In this document: positions 18,224 to 26,656 of the stretch, one piece after another | Layout: each line of letters begins with the position of its first letter | Position numbering within the stretch: the stretch's first letter is position 1 | Assembly (NCBI GenBank): GCA_964510585.1 | Contig: CAZECW010000098.1 | Span: 1-32,000, forward strand | DNA: 32,000 bases | Direction of reading: 5' to 3' | Source of the DNA: an uncultured archaeon | GTDB taxonomy: Archaea > Asgardarchaeota > Jordiarchaeia > Jordiarchaeales > Jordiarchaeaceae | Program-made: the position numbers and the translations under genes | The notes under the pieces: model-generated | What the model saw: only the letters and a program-made list of their open reading frames with translations | What the model was told of the DNA's origin: nothing | Database searches by the model: none

Positions 18224-19066
18224 CTACTCTTTAAAGAACTCTTTTATCGGTCTTCTGCAGCTCGGACACCTTTCATCCTTTTTGAAATGCTCCATTAGCT
18301 CTTCTCGGCAAGCACTTTCGAAACAGTAGGGACACATGACCTGATCATCGTTTTCAGTGAGGATTCTTCCACAGAGCATGCACCTAGTGATTTCTTCTTC
18401 CATCTCCCCCTCGTAGCTGAAATCGGCTTCCGAAGTTGGAAGATTGGGAGCTCCAATCTCATAGACGCCCTGCTCAATTATCATGTTCCTAATTTGTATT
18501 TGGACCTCCTTGGGCGTGTGGCTTGCTATGTCCAAAAGTTTGTCCGCTTCTTCTTTTAGAATTGCTGCGTTAGATTTGGAAGCTACAATCTTCCAGACCT
18601 CCCTTAGGAGAGGGAGATTTCCAAGCAGTGGGCTGTAGAGCATGTTGGCAGACTCGTATGTACGACCGTCTTCAAAGTACTTATTTACAGCATCTTTAAA
18701 CATGCCCATTCTTAGAAACTGGATTATGGGATTACTATTTGGCCCCCCTTCCTTCTCGTACTGTTCAATTATCTTGAACACTTGGCGGGTTCTAAAAATA
18801 CTATATATCATACTGCCCAATATACAGAAGAGAAACACAAAATCAAAAAGGAGATAAGAATAACTTGGCGTGGGCGGAACATAGGTATTGAAGTAAACGA
18901 AATAGAATAGGGAAGTAAGGTAAAGCATGATTTGTTCCCATGTGCCTGTGGCGAAGTATGAAGCTATCTGCCAAATAAAGTATGCGGATATTATGCAGGT
19001 GATTAGACAGATTATCAACAATCTTCTTTTTAGTTTGTACTTAATTATTTCAGCCAAAGAAGCCAC
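18224..19066 (-). CDS. Two-TM membrane protein with C-terminal RING-like zinc finger
   Basis: N-terminal hydrophobic helices; C-terminal CxxC-x12-CPxC-x4-CxxE-x10-CPxC. Confidence 0.72.
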   Translation of the reverse strand: MASLAEIIKYKLKRRLLIICLITCIISAYFIWQIASYFATGTWEQIMLYLTSLFYFVYFNTYVPPTPSYSYLLFDFVFLFCILGSMIYSIFRTRQVFKIIEQYEKEGGPNSNPIIQFLRMGMFKDAVNKYFEDGRTYESANMLYSPLLGNLPLLREVWKIVASKSNAAILKEEADKLLDIASHTPKEVQIQIRNMIIEQGVYEIGAPNLPTSEADFSYEGEMEEEITRCMLCGRILTENDDQVMCPYCFESACREELMEHFKKDERCPSCRRPIKEFFKE

Positions 19067-19530
19067 CTACTCACGTAAATATATTCCTTTACACCAATTT
19101 AAAGAGTTTCAATCTGACAATGGGCTTCATTATTTTATTTTTTACCCCAATTTGAACATGCACATTCTTAAAAACCTTAGCATTGGAATAATAAGGAACA
19201 TAGATTCGTCGTCCTCAAGACAGCCATAATTGGAAAAGAAGGTCTTTAAAAGCTCCTTCGGCAGTTGAAAAGCAGAGGAAAACTAAGTAGCCAGACGATT
19301 TATATTAGGGATATAGTATAATGTTTCATAAATACTTTTAAAGAGACATTTTTAAATGTTAAAACTTTAATTTTGAAACCCTACTTCGAATGGTCCTCCC
19401 CATAAAAAAAATTACTTTGATTCATAAATAATTTAGAAAAATATATATACTAGTAATTATACCTTAATGCATCTCATTCAGCAACTAAAAAACGGTACCT
19501 ACAAAACAAGATATAGCATAGTTCAAGGGG

Positions 19531-21039
19531 GTGAGCCCCATTACAAACAACACCACCAAAACATATGAGGAGATAAATGAGAAAATCAAGCACGGGGATG
19601 CAGTAGTAGTAACAGCCGAAGAAATGGTAAAAATAGTAGAAGAACAGGGCGAGAAAAAAGCCGCGAAAGAAATCGACGTAGTAACAACAGGAACAATGGG
19701 TGCGATGTGCTCAAGTGGGGCTTTTCTAAACTTTGGACACAGTGATCCACCCATTAAAATGGAGCAATTATGGTTGAATGATGTCGAAGCCTACCATGGC
19801 AACGCAGCGGTGGACTGTTACATTGGAGCCACAAAAATGAGCACCATTAAGCCCTTTAAGTATGGGGGTGGGCATGTTATAGAGGATTTGGTGAGTGGAA
19901 AAGAGATAACGCTGAGAGCTAGAGCTTACGGTACGGATTGTTACCCTAGGACAAGCCTTGAAACCACTTTTACAATAGAGGATCTAAACCAGGCGATTCT
20001 CTGTAATCCCAGAAACGCTTATCAAAGATATAACGCTGCTACTAATGGGCGTGACGAAACAATTTACACCTATATGGGTAAACTTTTGGCGAATTATGGT
20101 AATGTTACATATTCTGGTTCCGGCTGTTTGAGTCCCCTTTATAATGATCCAGATTATGAAACAATAGGTATTGGAACTAGAATATTTCTGGGCGGCGGGG
20201 TGGGTTACGTGATTGGGGAAGGAACCCAACATAACCCCAGAAACCATTTTGGAACCATAATGGTTAAGGGAGACCTGAAACAGATGAGCCCCGAGTATCT
20301 CAAAGGAGCCGCCTTCACCAAGTATGGTACGACCTTGTATGTGGGGTTAGGTATTCCGATACCTATACTGAACGAGGGGCTAGCCAGAAAAACAGCTATA
20401 AGTGATGCGGACATAACTACGGAAGTTGTAGATTATGGGGTTCCCAGAAGAGATAGGCCTTCCCTCAGAAAAGTCACGTATCAAGAACTTAAATCGGGAA
20501 GAATTGAACTTAACGGAAAAACAGTTAAGGTCTCCTCGCTCTCCAGCCTAAAAATGGCAAGAAGGGTGGCTCAAACCTTGAAAAAGTGGATAGAGGAAGG
20601 AAGATTCTTTTTAAGTAAACCAGTTGAAACGCTCCCAACAACTAGTGAAGTTAAACCCATGAAAATTACGAAGGAGATCCAGTATGTTAGGAGTATAATG
20701 ATTCCTGCAGTGACAACGACCACGGAGGCCAGCATCCACGAAGTAGCCAAACTAATCGTAGAAAAGAACGTCAACCACATAGTCGTGGTAGACAACAATA
20801 AAATCCTTAAAGGAATAGTCACTTCCTTCGACATCACCCGGGCCGTGGCAAACAATAAAGAAAAACTAGAAGAAATAGTGGTCAGAAGAGTTTACACAGC
20901 AAAGCCAGACGACCCACTGGACGCAGTGGTAAAAGAACTGGAAACCCATAAGATTTCTGCACTACCAGTAATAGATGAGAAAAAGAAAGTTTTAGGAATA
21001 GTCACCAGCGAAGAAATATCCAAACTGGTGGCCAGGTAA
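19531..21039 (+). CDS. Homocysteine biosynthesis protein / L-aspartate semialdehyde sulfurtransferase (DUF39 + 2xCBS; MA1821/MJ0100 family)
   Basis: EEINEKIK.G.AVVVTAEE, DVVTTGTMGAMCSSGA, AYGTDCYP, NPRNAYQ and GGGVGYV.GEGTQH; tandem CBS at the C-terminus. Confidence 0.92.
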   Translation: MSPITNNTTKTYEEINEKIKHGDAVVVTAEEMVKIVEEQGEKKAAKEIDVVTTGTMGAMCSSGAFLNFGHSDPPIKMEQLWLNDVEAYHGNAAVDCYIGATKMSTIKPFKYGGGHVIEDLVSGKEITLRARAYGTDCYPRTSLETTFTIEDLNQAILCNPRNAYQRYNAATNGRDETIYTYMGKLLANYGNVTYSGSGCLSPLYNDPDYETIGIGTRIFLGGGVGYVIGEGTQHNPRNHFGTIMVKGDLKQMSPEYLKGAAFTKYGTTLYVGLGIPIPILNEGLARKTAISDADITTEVVDYGVPRRDRPSLRKVTYQELKSGRIELNGKTVKVSSLSSLKMARRVAQTLKKWIEEGRFFLSKPVETLPTTSEVKPMKITKEIQYVRSIMIPAVTTTTEASIHEVAKLIVEKNVNHIVVVDNNKILKGIVTSFDITRAVANNKEKLEEIVVRRVYTAKPDDPLDAVVKELETHKISALPVIDEKKKVLGIVTSEEISKLVAR

Positions 21040-21049
21040 GGTGGAAAAA

Positions 21050-21433
21050 ATGAAGATAATGATAATATTTGGTTCCGATAGGGTAGGAGAGCCCATCACT
21101 GCAGATGTAATTCTAGAAAAAAAGGTGCCCTTCAATATTCTAACCGCCAAAATCGATAAAAAAGGCGGTGAAATGCTCATAGAGGCACCAGACGACAAAG
21201 CAGAGGAACTAATACAAGCGTTCAGAAGCAGAGGAATAAGGGTTGAAACCCGAAAATTTGTAGAAATACTCCCCCACAAGTGTATACACTGTGGCCAATG
21301 TTATTCAATCTGCCCCGTAGACGCAATAATATATGAGGATGATAAATCCATAACCCTAAAACAGGAGAACTGCATCGGCTGCCTACAATGCATCGACGCA
21401 TGTCCCCTAGAGGCTATAACCAAGGTAAGCTGA
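21050..21433 (+). CDS. NIL-domain + 2x[4Fe-4S] ferredoxin (MA1822-like partner of the DUF39 enzyme)
   Basis: NIL-like EPIT..FNIL.A..GGEMLIE; CIHCGQCYSICP and CIGCLQCIDACP; directly follows the DUF39 gene. Confidence 0.88.
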   Translation: MKIMIIFGSDRVGEPITADVILEKKVPFNILTAKIDKKGGEMLIEAPDDKAEELIQAFRSRGIRVETRKFVEILPHKCIHCGQCYSICPVDAIIYEDDKSITLKQENCIGCLQCIDACPLEAITKVS

Positions 21434-21549
21434 AAAGGCCTTCAGTAAACGCTTAACCCCCCAAATTTTTTCCGACTCCTTTTTAGAGTAAAAGTCTAAA
21501 TATACCTTCTTGATTACATATACTTGTTAAAAATTTTGGGGATGTATTC

Positions 21550-22170
21550 ATGGTTATTGAAGGGGAAGAAATTATAAACTCTGCAATGGAAGCTACAAAA
21601 CTGGTGGATAAGAACCTTAATGAGTTAAAGGTGATAATTCAAAACTTCACTGTCAAACTGAATGAGAAAGACCAAGAAATAAGGGTTAGGGAGGCAAAAA
21701 TCCAAGAATTAGAAAACGCTAGGAGGGAGAAGGAGGCTCAGATAGAAAAACTTGTCAAGGAACTGGAAATTTCCAAGGAAAAGGTCTCCAAGAGCGAAGA
21801 TGAAATTAGAAAGTTGGAAAAGAGCAACATGGAAATGAAACAGGAACTGCAGGGAATCCAAGAACAATTTTCAAAAATAAGCGAAATGTACCGCGAATTA
21901 TCCAAAAAGAAAGACGAAGCCATAGGCATAAGAGAACTACTAACAATATATGTCACCCTACTGGAACAGGTTTTCGCAGGAATGCCTCACGCCAAAATAC
22001 TCTGGCTACTCCACGGCGCAAAAAACACACTGAAGCGGGAGGAACTCGTAAAAACCTCGGGGGTCCAACCAGCAGTCATCCTAAAAAGCATATACGACCT
22101 ACAAAATGCAAACTTAGTCACCTACGACATGAACTCCCAAAACGTAACACTAATCAAAAAATTGTACTAA
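21550..22170 (+). CDS. Long coiled-coil protein with C-terminal winged HTH
   Basis: About 110-aa heptad-rich E/K segment followed by PHAKILWLLHG..LKREELVKTSGVQPAVILKSIYDLQNANLVTYD. Confidence 0.75.
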   Translation: MVIEGEEIINSAMEATKLVDKNLNELKVIIQNFTVKLNEKDQEIRVREAKIQELENARREKEAQIEKLVKELEISKEKVSKSEDEIRKLEKSNMEMKQELQGIQEQFSKISEMYRELSKKKDEAIGIRELLTIYVTLLEQVFAGMPHAKILWLLHGAKNTLKREELVKTSGVQPAVILKSIYDLQNANLVTYDMNSQNVTLIKKLY

Positions 22171-22497
22171 ACCAAATGGAAAAGGAGAAAAACGAATTAA
22201 GGTTAAATCCCAAAACTATACATTAATGATTACAACTGATATCGTAAGTTAGGCCTATTTCTACTTCCCCTCCAAATTTTTATTCTTCACAAATCGAAGG
22301 GCCCTTAATGCTTAAAGTGGTTTTGGAAGCCATTCAGGTTAATTGAAGCCATCTTTAGACAGTTATAATGATTTTTTGAATTTTAAGATTACGGGAAAAA
22401 ATATTGCGGGGAGTCCTAATCTTTCCGTTTAATTTAAATTCGGGAACAGAATACCGTAGCGAAGAATAGTTAAAACTTTTTGATGAGGTGCAAAAAT

Positions 22498-24027
22498 ATG
22501 GAACCATTTCCTTGGTGGACAGACCAACAAAAAAAGTTCGCAGAAGAACTATATAAATTCGTGAATGAACACATACCAGCGGCGGAAAAGGCATTCTGGA
22601 CAAGAAAATTTCCCATGGATATAGTGAAAAAAGTCCAAGAGAAAGGATACTTTGGGGCAGGCATACCGAAAAAGTATGGCGGGATGGAGCTTGGTGCCAC
22701 TGGATGCTGCATAGCAGCTGAACAATTAGGCCGCCTCTACGCAGTGGGACATGTATTCGTTGTAAGTATGTTGGGAGGCTATCATCAGCTGCTGCACTTC
22801 GGCACCGAGGAGCAGAAGAAAAAGTGGCTTACTAAAATGGCTAAGGGCCAATTGGGAGCCGTGTGTATAACTGAACCCTTCGCTGGTAGCGATGCAGCCT
22901 CCGTTATGACTACTGCCAGAAAAGAGGGCGACGAATGGGTGCTTATGGGCAGAAAAAGGTTCATAACGGGCGCGGGACCAGCAGATAGGTACTTTGTTTA
23001 TGCTAAAACAAGTGATGACCCCGAAGTTATAAGAAGGTACGGTCACCTTACAGCCTTCATAGTGGAGAAAGGAACACCGGGATTCTCACTGGAAAAAATT
23101 AATGAACTTATAGGGTTCGAGAATGTTCCTAATGGCTACTTAAACTTTGACGATGTTCGAGTTCCCGATGAAAACAGGGTCGGCGATGTGGGCGCTGGCT
23201 GGGCAGTAATGACAAGCGGACTAAACTTTGAGAGACTGGTGGGTTCCGCCGTGGTTGGCGGCGGATTGGAAGACATTATTAAAATGGTGATTTATTATAC
23301 CAATAGGAGGGTCCAGTTTAAGCAGCAGACAAATAGATTCGTTAATAACCAGTTTAAGATTGCAGACATGATAACTTGGAACAAGCTAGCTAGGCTTATA
23401 ACCTATTACACTGCGCTGCTGCTTGACAGTGGACAAAACGCAGCCGTGGAGTCCTCTATAGCCAAACTTTTGAACACGGATTACGCTATTCAAACCGGGT
23501 TAGATGCGGTGCAGATTATGGCTGGAGATGGATTGACAAAGTTTTATCCTGTGGAACGCCTGGTTAGGGAAGGCAAGATTGGACAGATTGTAGCTGGCAC
23601 TAATGAAATTCAGAAGCTGATTATTTACAGGATGGGTGCGCTTAGCTATCTTGATATGCCGTTCAGGCTACGCATCGATCCTGAATTGGAAATCCCCATT
23701 TTGAGCTTGGACGATAGCCCCTGGAAGGGTAAAGAAATCACCGAGGAGGTTATGCTTAAGATTCTTGCAGAAGATTACAGGGTCAATCCAGGATTATACA
23801 TGACAATCGAGGATTTACAAAAAGAAACTGGTTTAGGAAAGGAAAAAGTCCTAGAACTGGTTTCTGCACTTGAACAGAAGAAGCTGGTAGTCAATTTCAG
23901 GGACAGTCGTGGAAACATAATAATGTCAAAGGCAAACTATGAAGGACTCAGACGAGCATACCCACCTGAACACTATAGGTACTTCCCCAGCTGGTTTGAC
24001 CCCGAGGAGCTTGGATTCTTCGGATAG
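22498..24027 (+). CDS. Acyl-CoA dehydrogenase with C-terminal winged-HTH extension
   Basis: CITEPFAGSD, W.L.GRKRFITG, G.GW.VMTSGLNFERL, R.QF, AKL..T and GTNEIQK, plus about 120 extra C-terminal residues. ATG 22498 after GAGGTG. Confidence 0.9.
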   Translation: MEPFPWWTDQQKKFAEELYKFVNEHIPAAEKAFWTRKFPMDIVKKVQEKGYFGAGIPKKYGGMELGATGCCIAAEQLGRLYAVGHVFVVSMLGGYHQLLHFGTEEQKKKWLTKMAKGQLGAVCITEPFAGSDAASVMTTARKEGDEWVLMGRKRFITGAGPADRYFVYAKTSDDPEVIRRYGHLTAFIVEKGTPGFSLEKINELIGFENVPNGYLNFDDVRVPDENRVGDVGAGWAVMTSGLNFERLVGSAVVGGGLEDIIKMVIYYTNRRVQFKQQTNRFVNNQFKIADMITWNKLARLITYYTALLLDSGQNAAVESSIAKLLNTDYAIQTGLDAVQIMAGDGLTKFYPVERLVREGKIGQIVAGTNEIQKLIIYRMGALSYLDMPFRLRIDPELEIPILSLDDSPWKGKEITEEVMLKILAEDYRVNPGLYMTIEDLQKETGLGKEKVLELVSALEQKKLVVNFRDSRGNIIMSKANYEGLRRAYPPEHYRYFPSWFDPEELGFFG

Positions 24028-24128
24028 AGGAGAACTGTGCTAAAGCCCAAACCCCAAAAAATCATCTACATCCACTTCTTTTTTGGTTCTTCGTTGAGGT
24101 CTAAACTAGTTTAATTAGGTTATGGGCC

Positions 24129-25457
24129 TTATTTTATTTGCATGGATTTTTTGGCTAATTTGAAGGTTCGCTTAGCTAGTTCCGATATTTGGCTATTGTT
24201 ATAGCCCACGATGTAGCTTTCTATTCTGTTGTTTAGTGGTTTAATCCATTTTTTGGGCAAGTTTTTAGCGCCCAGAATAACGCCCAGTATTGAGCCTGTT
24301 GTTGCACCGTTGCAATCAGTATCCAAACCCCCCATGACACTCGTTGTAATGCTCTTTTCAAAGTCACCATCACCATAGAGGAGGCCCATTATAACCAGGG
24401 CTGCATTGTTTATGGTATGAACTGGGCTGTAACCACCATATTTCTCGTTTATCTTGTCCCATACGTTTTTCCATTCGCCATATTTTTTGCTCCATTTAAC
24501 AGTATCCTTCACTGCTTCTGCAAGTCTTGACCGCTTGGGAATCTCGGACAGACCGATCTTAACAATTTTTTCAACATCGTCCGTTGCAAAGGCGGCGCTA
24601 ATCATGGCGCTCACGAACATTTCTCCATATATTCCATTTTTTGTGTGAGAGACGCTGGCGTCCCTGTGGACCAGTTCGGCTGCTAGCTCCGGCCTTCCGG
24701 GTGTCACATAGCCCCAAGTGTCAGCTCTAATCTGGGCACCTATCCATTCTCTATAGGGGTTCAGGTGTAGGGCGGTCTGTGGCGGTAGGAGGCCATTAAC
24801 GAGGTTTCTGTAGGCTACGCTTTCTGCTGTGTAAACCATATTGTAGGGAAGCAAGCTTAACCATGTTCTGCCAATATCCATTGTGCTAAAATTGAAGCCT
24901 AAGGATTCGAGCATGTGAAGATTTAGGATGGTGTAGTCTATGTCATCATCACGAGGCATGCCCTTTATTTGGCCCAGTAAGACCCCAGGGTTCATGAGTC
25001 GATATTTCAACCACACTGGAGCATTGCTAGGTAGATTGGGTACTGGTGGAAAATAGTTTTTGAGGGGGTAAGCTTCTGCTATTGTGAGCCACTCCTTGAT
25101 TTGCTCCTTATTTAGGAACTCAGCGGGTTTTCCCAGAAGACAGCCCGCACATCTTCCCAGCCAGCCCCCTAAAACTTTGTTTAGAAGTTCCCTATCGGAT
25201 ATTTTAAGGTCAATGCTTCTTGGTCCCTGCGGTCTTTCATCTCTTATTGTGGGCAGATCTGAAGGTTCCGTATAGGGGAAGTCGGGTCTTAATTTGCATT
25301 TTTCCAAGGCCGCCAAAAGACCGCAGAACTCTTCGAAGCTTGCCTCTTCCATGCTACTCCTAAACCTCTTTTCAATTTCAGCGACATCGTAGCCTTCCTC
25401 TCTCTTTTGGATTATTTCCTCACCCAATAATCGCTTAAACTCTTCTAGCCTAACCAT
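24129..25457 (-). CDS. ADP-ribosylglycohydrolase (DraG/ARH) family protein, long form
   Basis: GGWLGRCAGCLLG, DDDIDYT, GAQIRAD.WG, DASVSH..NG and GLDTDCNGATTGS. Confidence 0.88.
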   Translation of the reverse strand: MVRLEEFKRLLGEEIIQKREEGYDVAEIEKRFRSSMEEASFEEFCGLLAALEKCKLRPDFPYTEPSDLPTIRDERPQGPRSIDLKISDRELLNKVLGGWLGRCAGCLLGKPAEFLNKEQIKEWLTIAEAYPLKNYFPPVPNLPSNAPVWLKYRLMNPGVLLGQIKGMPRDDDIDYTILNLHMLESLGFNFSTMDIGRTWLSLLPYNMVYTAESVAYRNLVNGLLPPQTALHLNPYREWIGAQIRADTWGYVTPGRPELAAELVHRDASVSHTKNGIYGEMFVSAMISAAFATDDVEKIVKIGLSEIPKRSRLAEAVKDTVKWSKKYGEWKNVWDKINEKYGGYSPVHTINNAALVIMGLLYGDGDFEKSITTSVMGGLDTDCNGATTGSILGVILGAKNLPKKWIKPLNNRIESYIVGYNNSQISELAKRTFKLAKKSMQIK

Positions 25458-25765
25458 AATTCTTCAATCCTCTGGGAGGCAGATGGTGCTAAATGCTAAC
25501 TTTTAGGTCTATTTTTTGTGTTATTCCTTCCAACGGATTTTATAACCGAATTAGCTAAAAATAATTCTATCTAATCTGTTTTAGGTATGTCCATTCTCTG
25601 TCTTGTTAGCCCTTTAGAAAAAAGAACAAGGATATTGACTTTTTGTTTTATTATTATAGGATGCCCTACCAAGATTCCATATTCTAAATGTTGTATTTTG
25701 GGAATTAGGTTTTGAACCATTTCTTCGAGCTAGTGGACAGAAACTCGGCTCAGAAAACAACCATT

Positions 25766-25803
25766 ACAAAATTTCGGCACCCTTTTTGTGGGTGTAATTT
25801 TGT
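25766..25803. terminator. Interrupted inverted repeat downstream of profilin
   Basis: ACAAAATT..CACCC-TTTTTGT-GGGTG..AATTTTGT. Confidence 0.35.
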
Positions 25804-25839
25804 AGACTTTTAGTGGAGGAACAAAAAAAGATGGGAGGC

Positions 25840-26217
25840 TTAGAGCATGGCGCCTAGTTGAGCTGCGGCGCGAGACACATCCACATATGAGCCTTGAGTG
25901 TCGCCTTGTGGTGTTACATACGCCATTAGGAGGGCTCGGTAACGGGCTGTGGCCATTATGATGTGGCCCATTCCTGAAACGTTTGTGGCCACTAGGCGTT
26001 CATCCGTAGCGGATAGGGTTGAATATTTTATTCCCTGCACCAAGATTGCTGGTTGCTTTTCTCTCCATGCCGATATTAAGTTGGGTGCGTCGGGCACCAC
26101 ATTCCAATTATCGGTTTGGTACATTACTTGACCGTCCAAGGTTAGTATGGCAACGGCGGTCACGTTAGGATTTTTTGCTTGGAGTTGTTGGACTATGTAG
26201 TCGAAGTTTGAGGACAT
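25840..26217 (-). CDS. Asgard profilin
   Basis: AVAILTLDGQVMYQTDNW, ILVQGIKY, ERLVATNVSGMGHII and ALLMAYVTP match the Asgard (Loki/Odin) profilin pattern. ATG 26217. Confidence 0.92.
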   Translation of the reverse strand: MSSNFDYIVQQLQAKNPNVTAVAILTLDGQVMYQTDNWNVVPDAPNLISAWREKQPAILVQGIKYSTLSATDERLVATNVSGMGHIIMATARYRALLMAYVTPQGDTQGSYVDVSRAAAQLGAML

Positions 26218-26331
26218 GGCTTTCCACACCTTTGTTGGATAAAATTCAAAAGGTTCTTTAAGTTAATTATCGTTAATATTGGATAAAAACTTTACGTGTA
26301 TATTAGTAGCTGGTCTCTGGTGGCTTACAAC

Positions 26332-26628
26332 TTGAAAAACGACGCAGTTGAAGAATGTGAGGAGGGTGTGTTAATCCGTGTTCTTGTGAAGGCGGGGGCA
26401 CCACGTCTCAGATGTCCTGTGGGATTGGAGGAGGGGCTTGTTATGGTGGAGGTGCACTCTCCACCGGTGGGTGGTAGGGCTAATAGGGAATTGGTTAAGG
26501 CTTTCGCCAAGTTTTTGGGAGTGTCTTCAGGCAGTGTTAGTATTGTTAGGGGTTTTAAGGATAAAGAGAAGGTAATTCGAGTGTTGGGGGTTTCAGTCGA
26601 ATCAGTTAGGGGAAAGCTGGGAACTTAG
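26332..26628 (+). CDS. DUF167 (YggU/UPF0235) family protein
   Basis: IRVLVKAGA, V.SPPVGGRANREL..FAKFLGVS.GSVSIVRG.KDKEKVI. Start uncertain (TTG 26332 or GTG 26296). Confidence 0.85.
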   Translation: MKNDAVEECEEGVLIRVLVKAGAPRLRCPVGLEEGLVMVEVHSPPVGGRANRELVKAFAKFLGVSSGSVSIVRGFKDKEKVIRVLGVSVESVRGKLGT

Positions 26629-26656
26629 TGTTTTTGTTACAAAATTTTGGGGTTTT

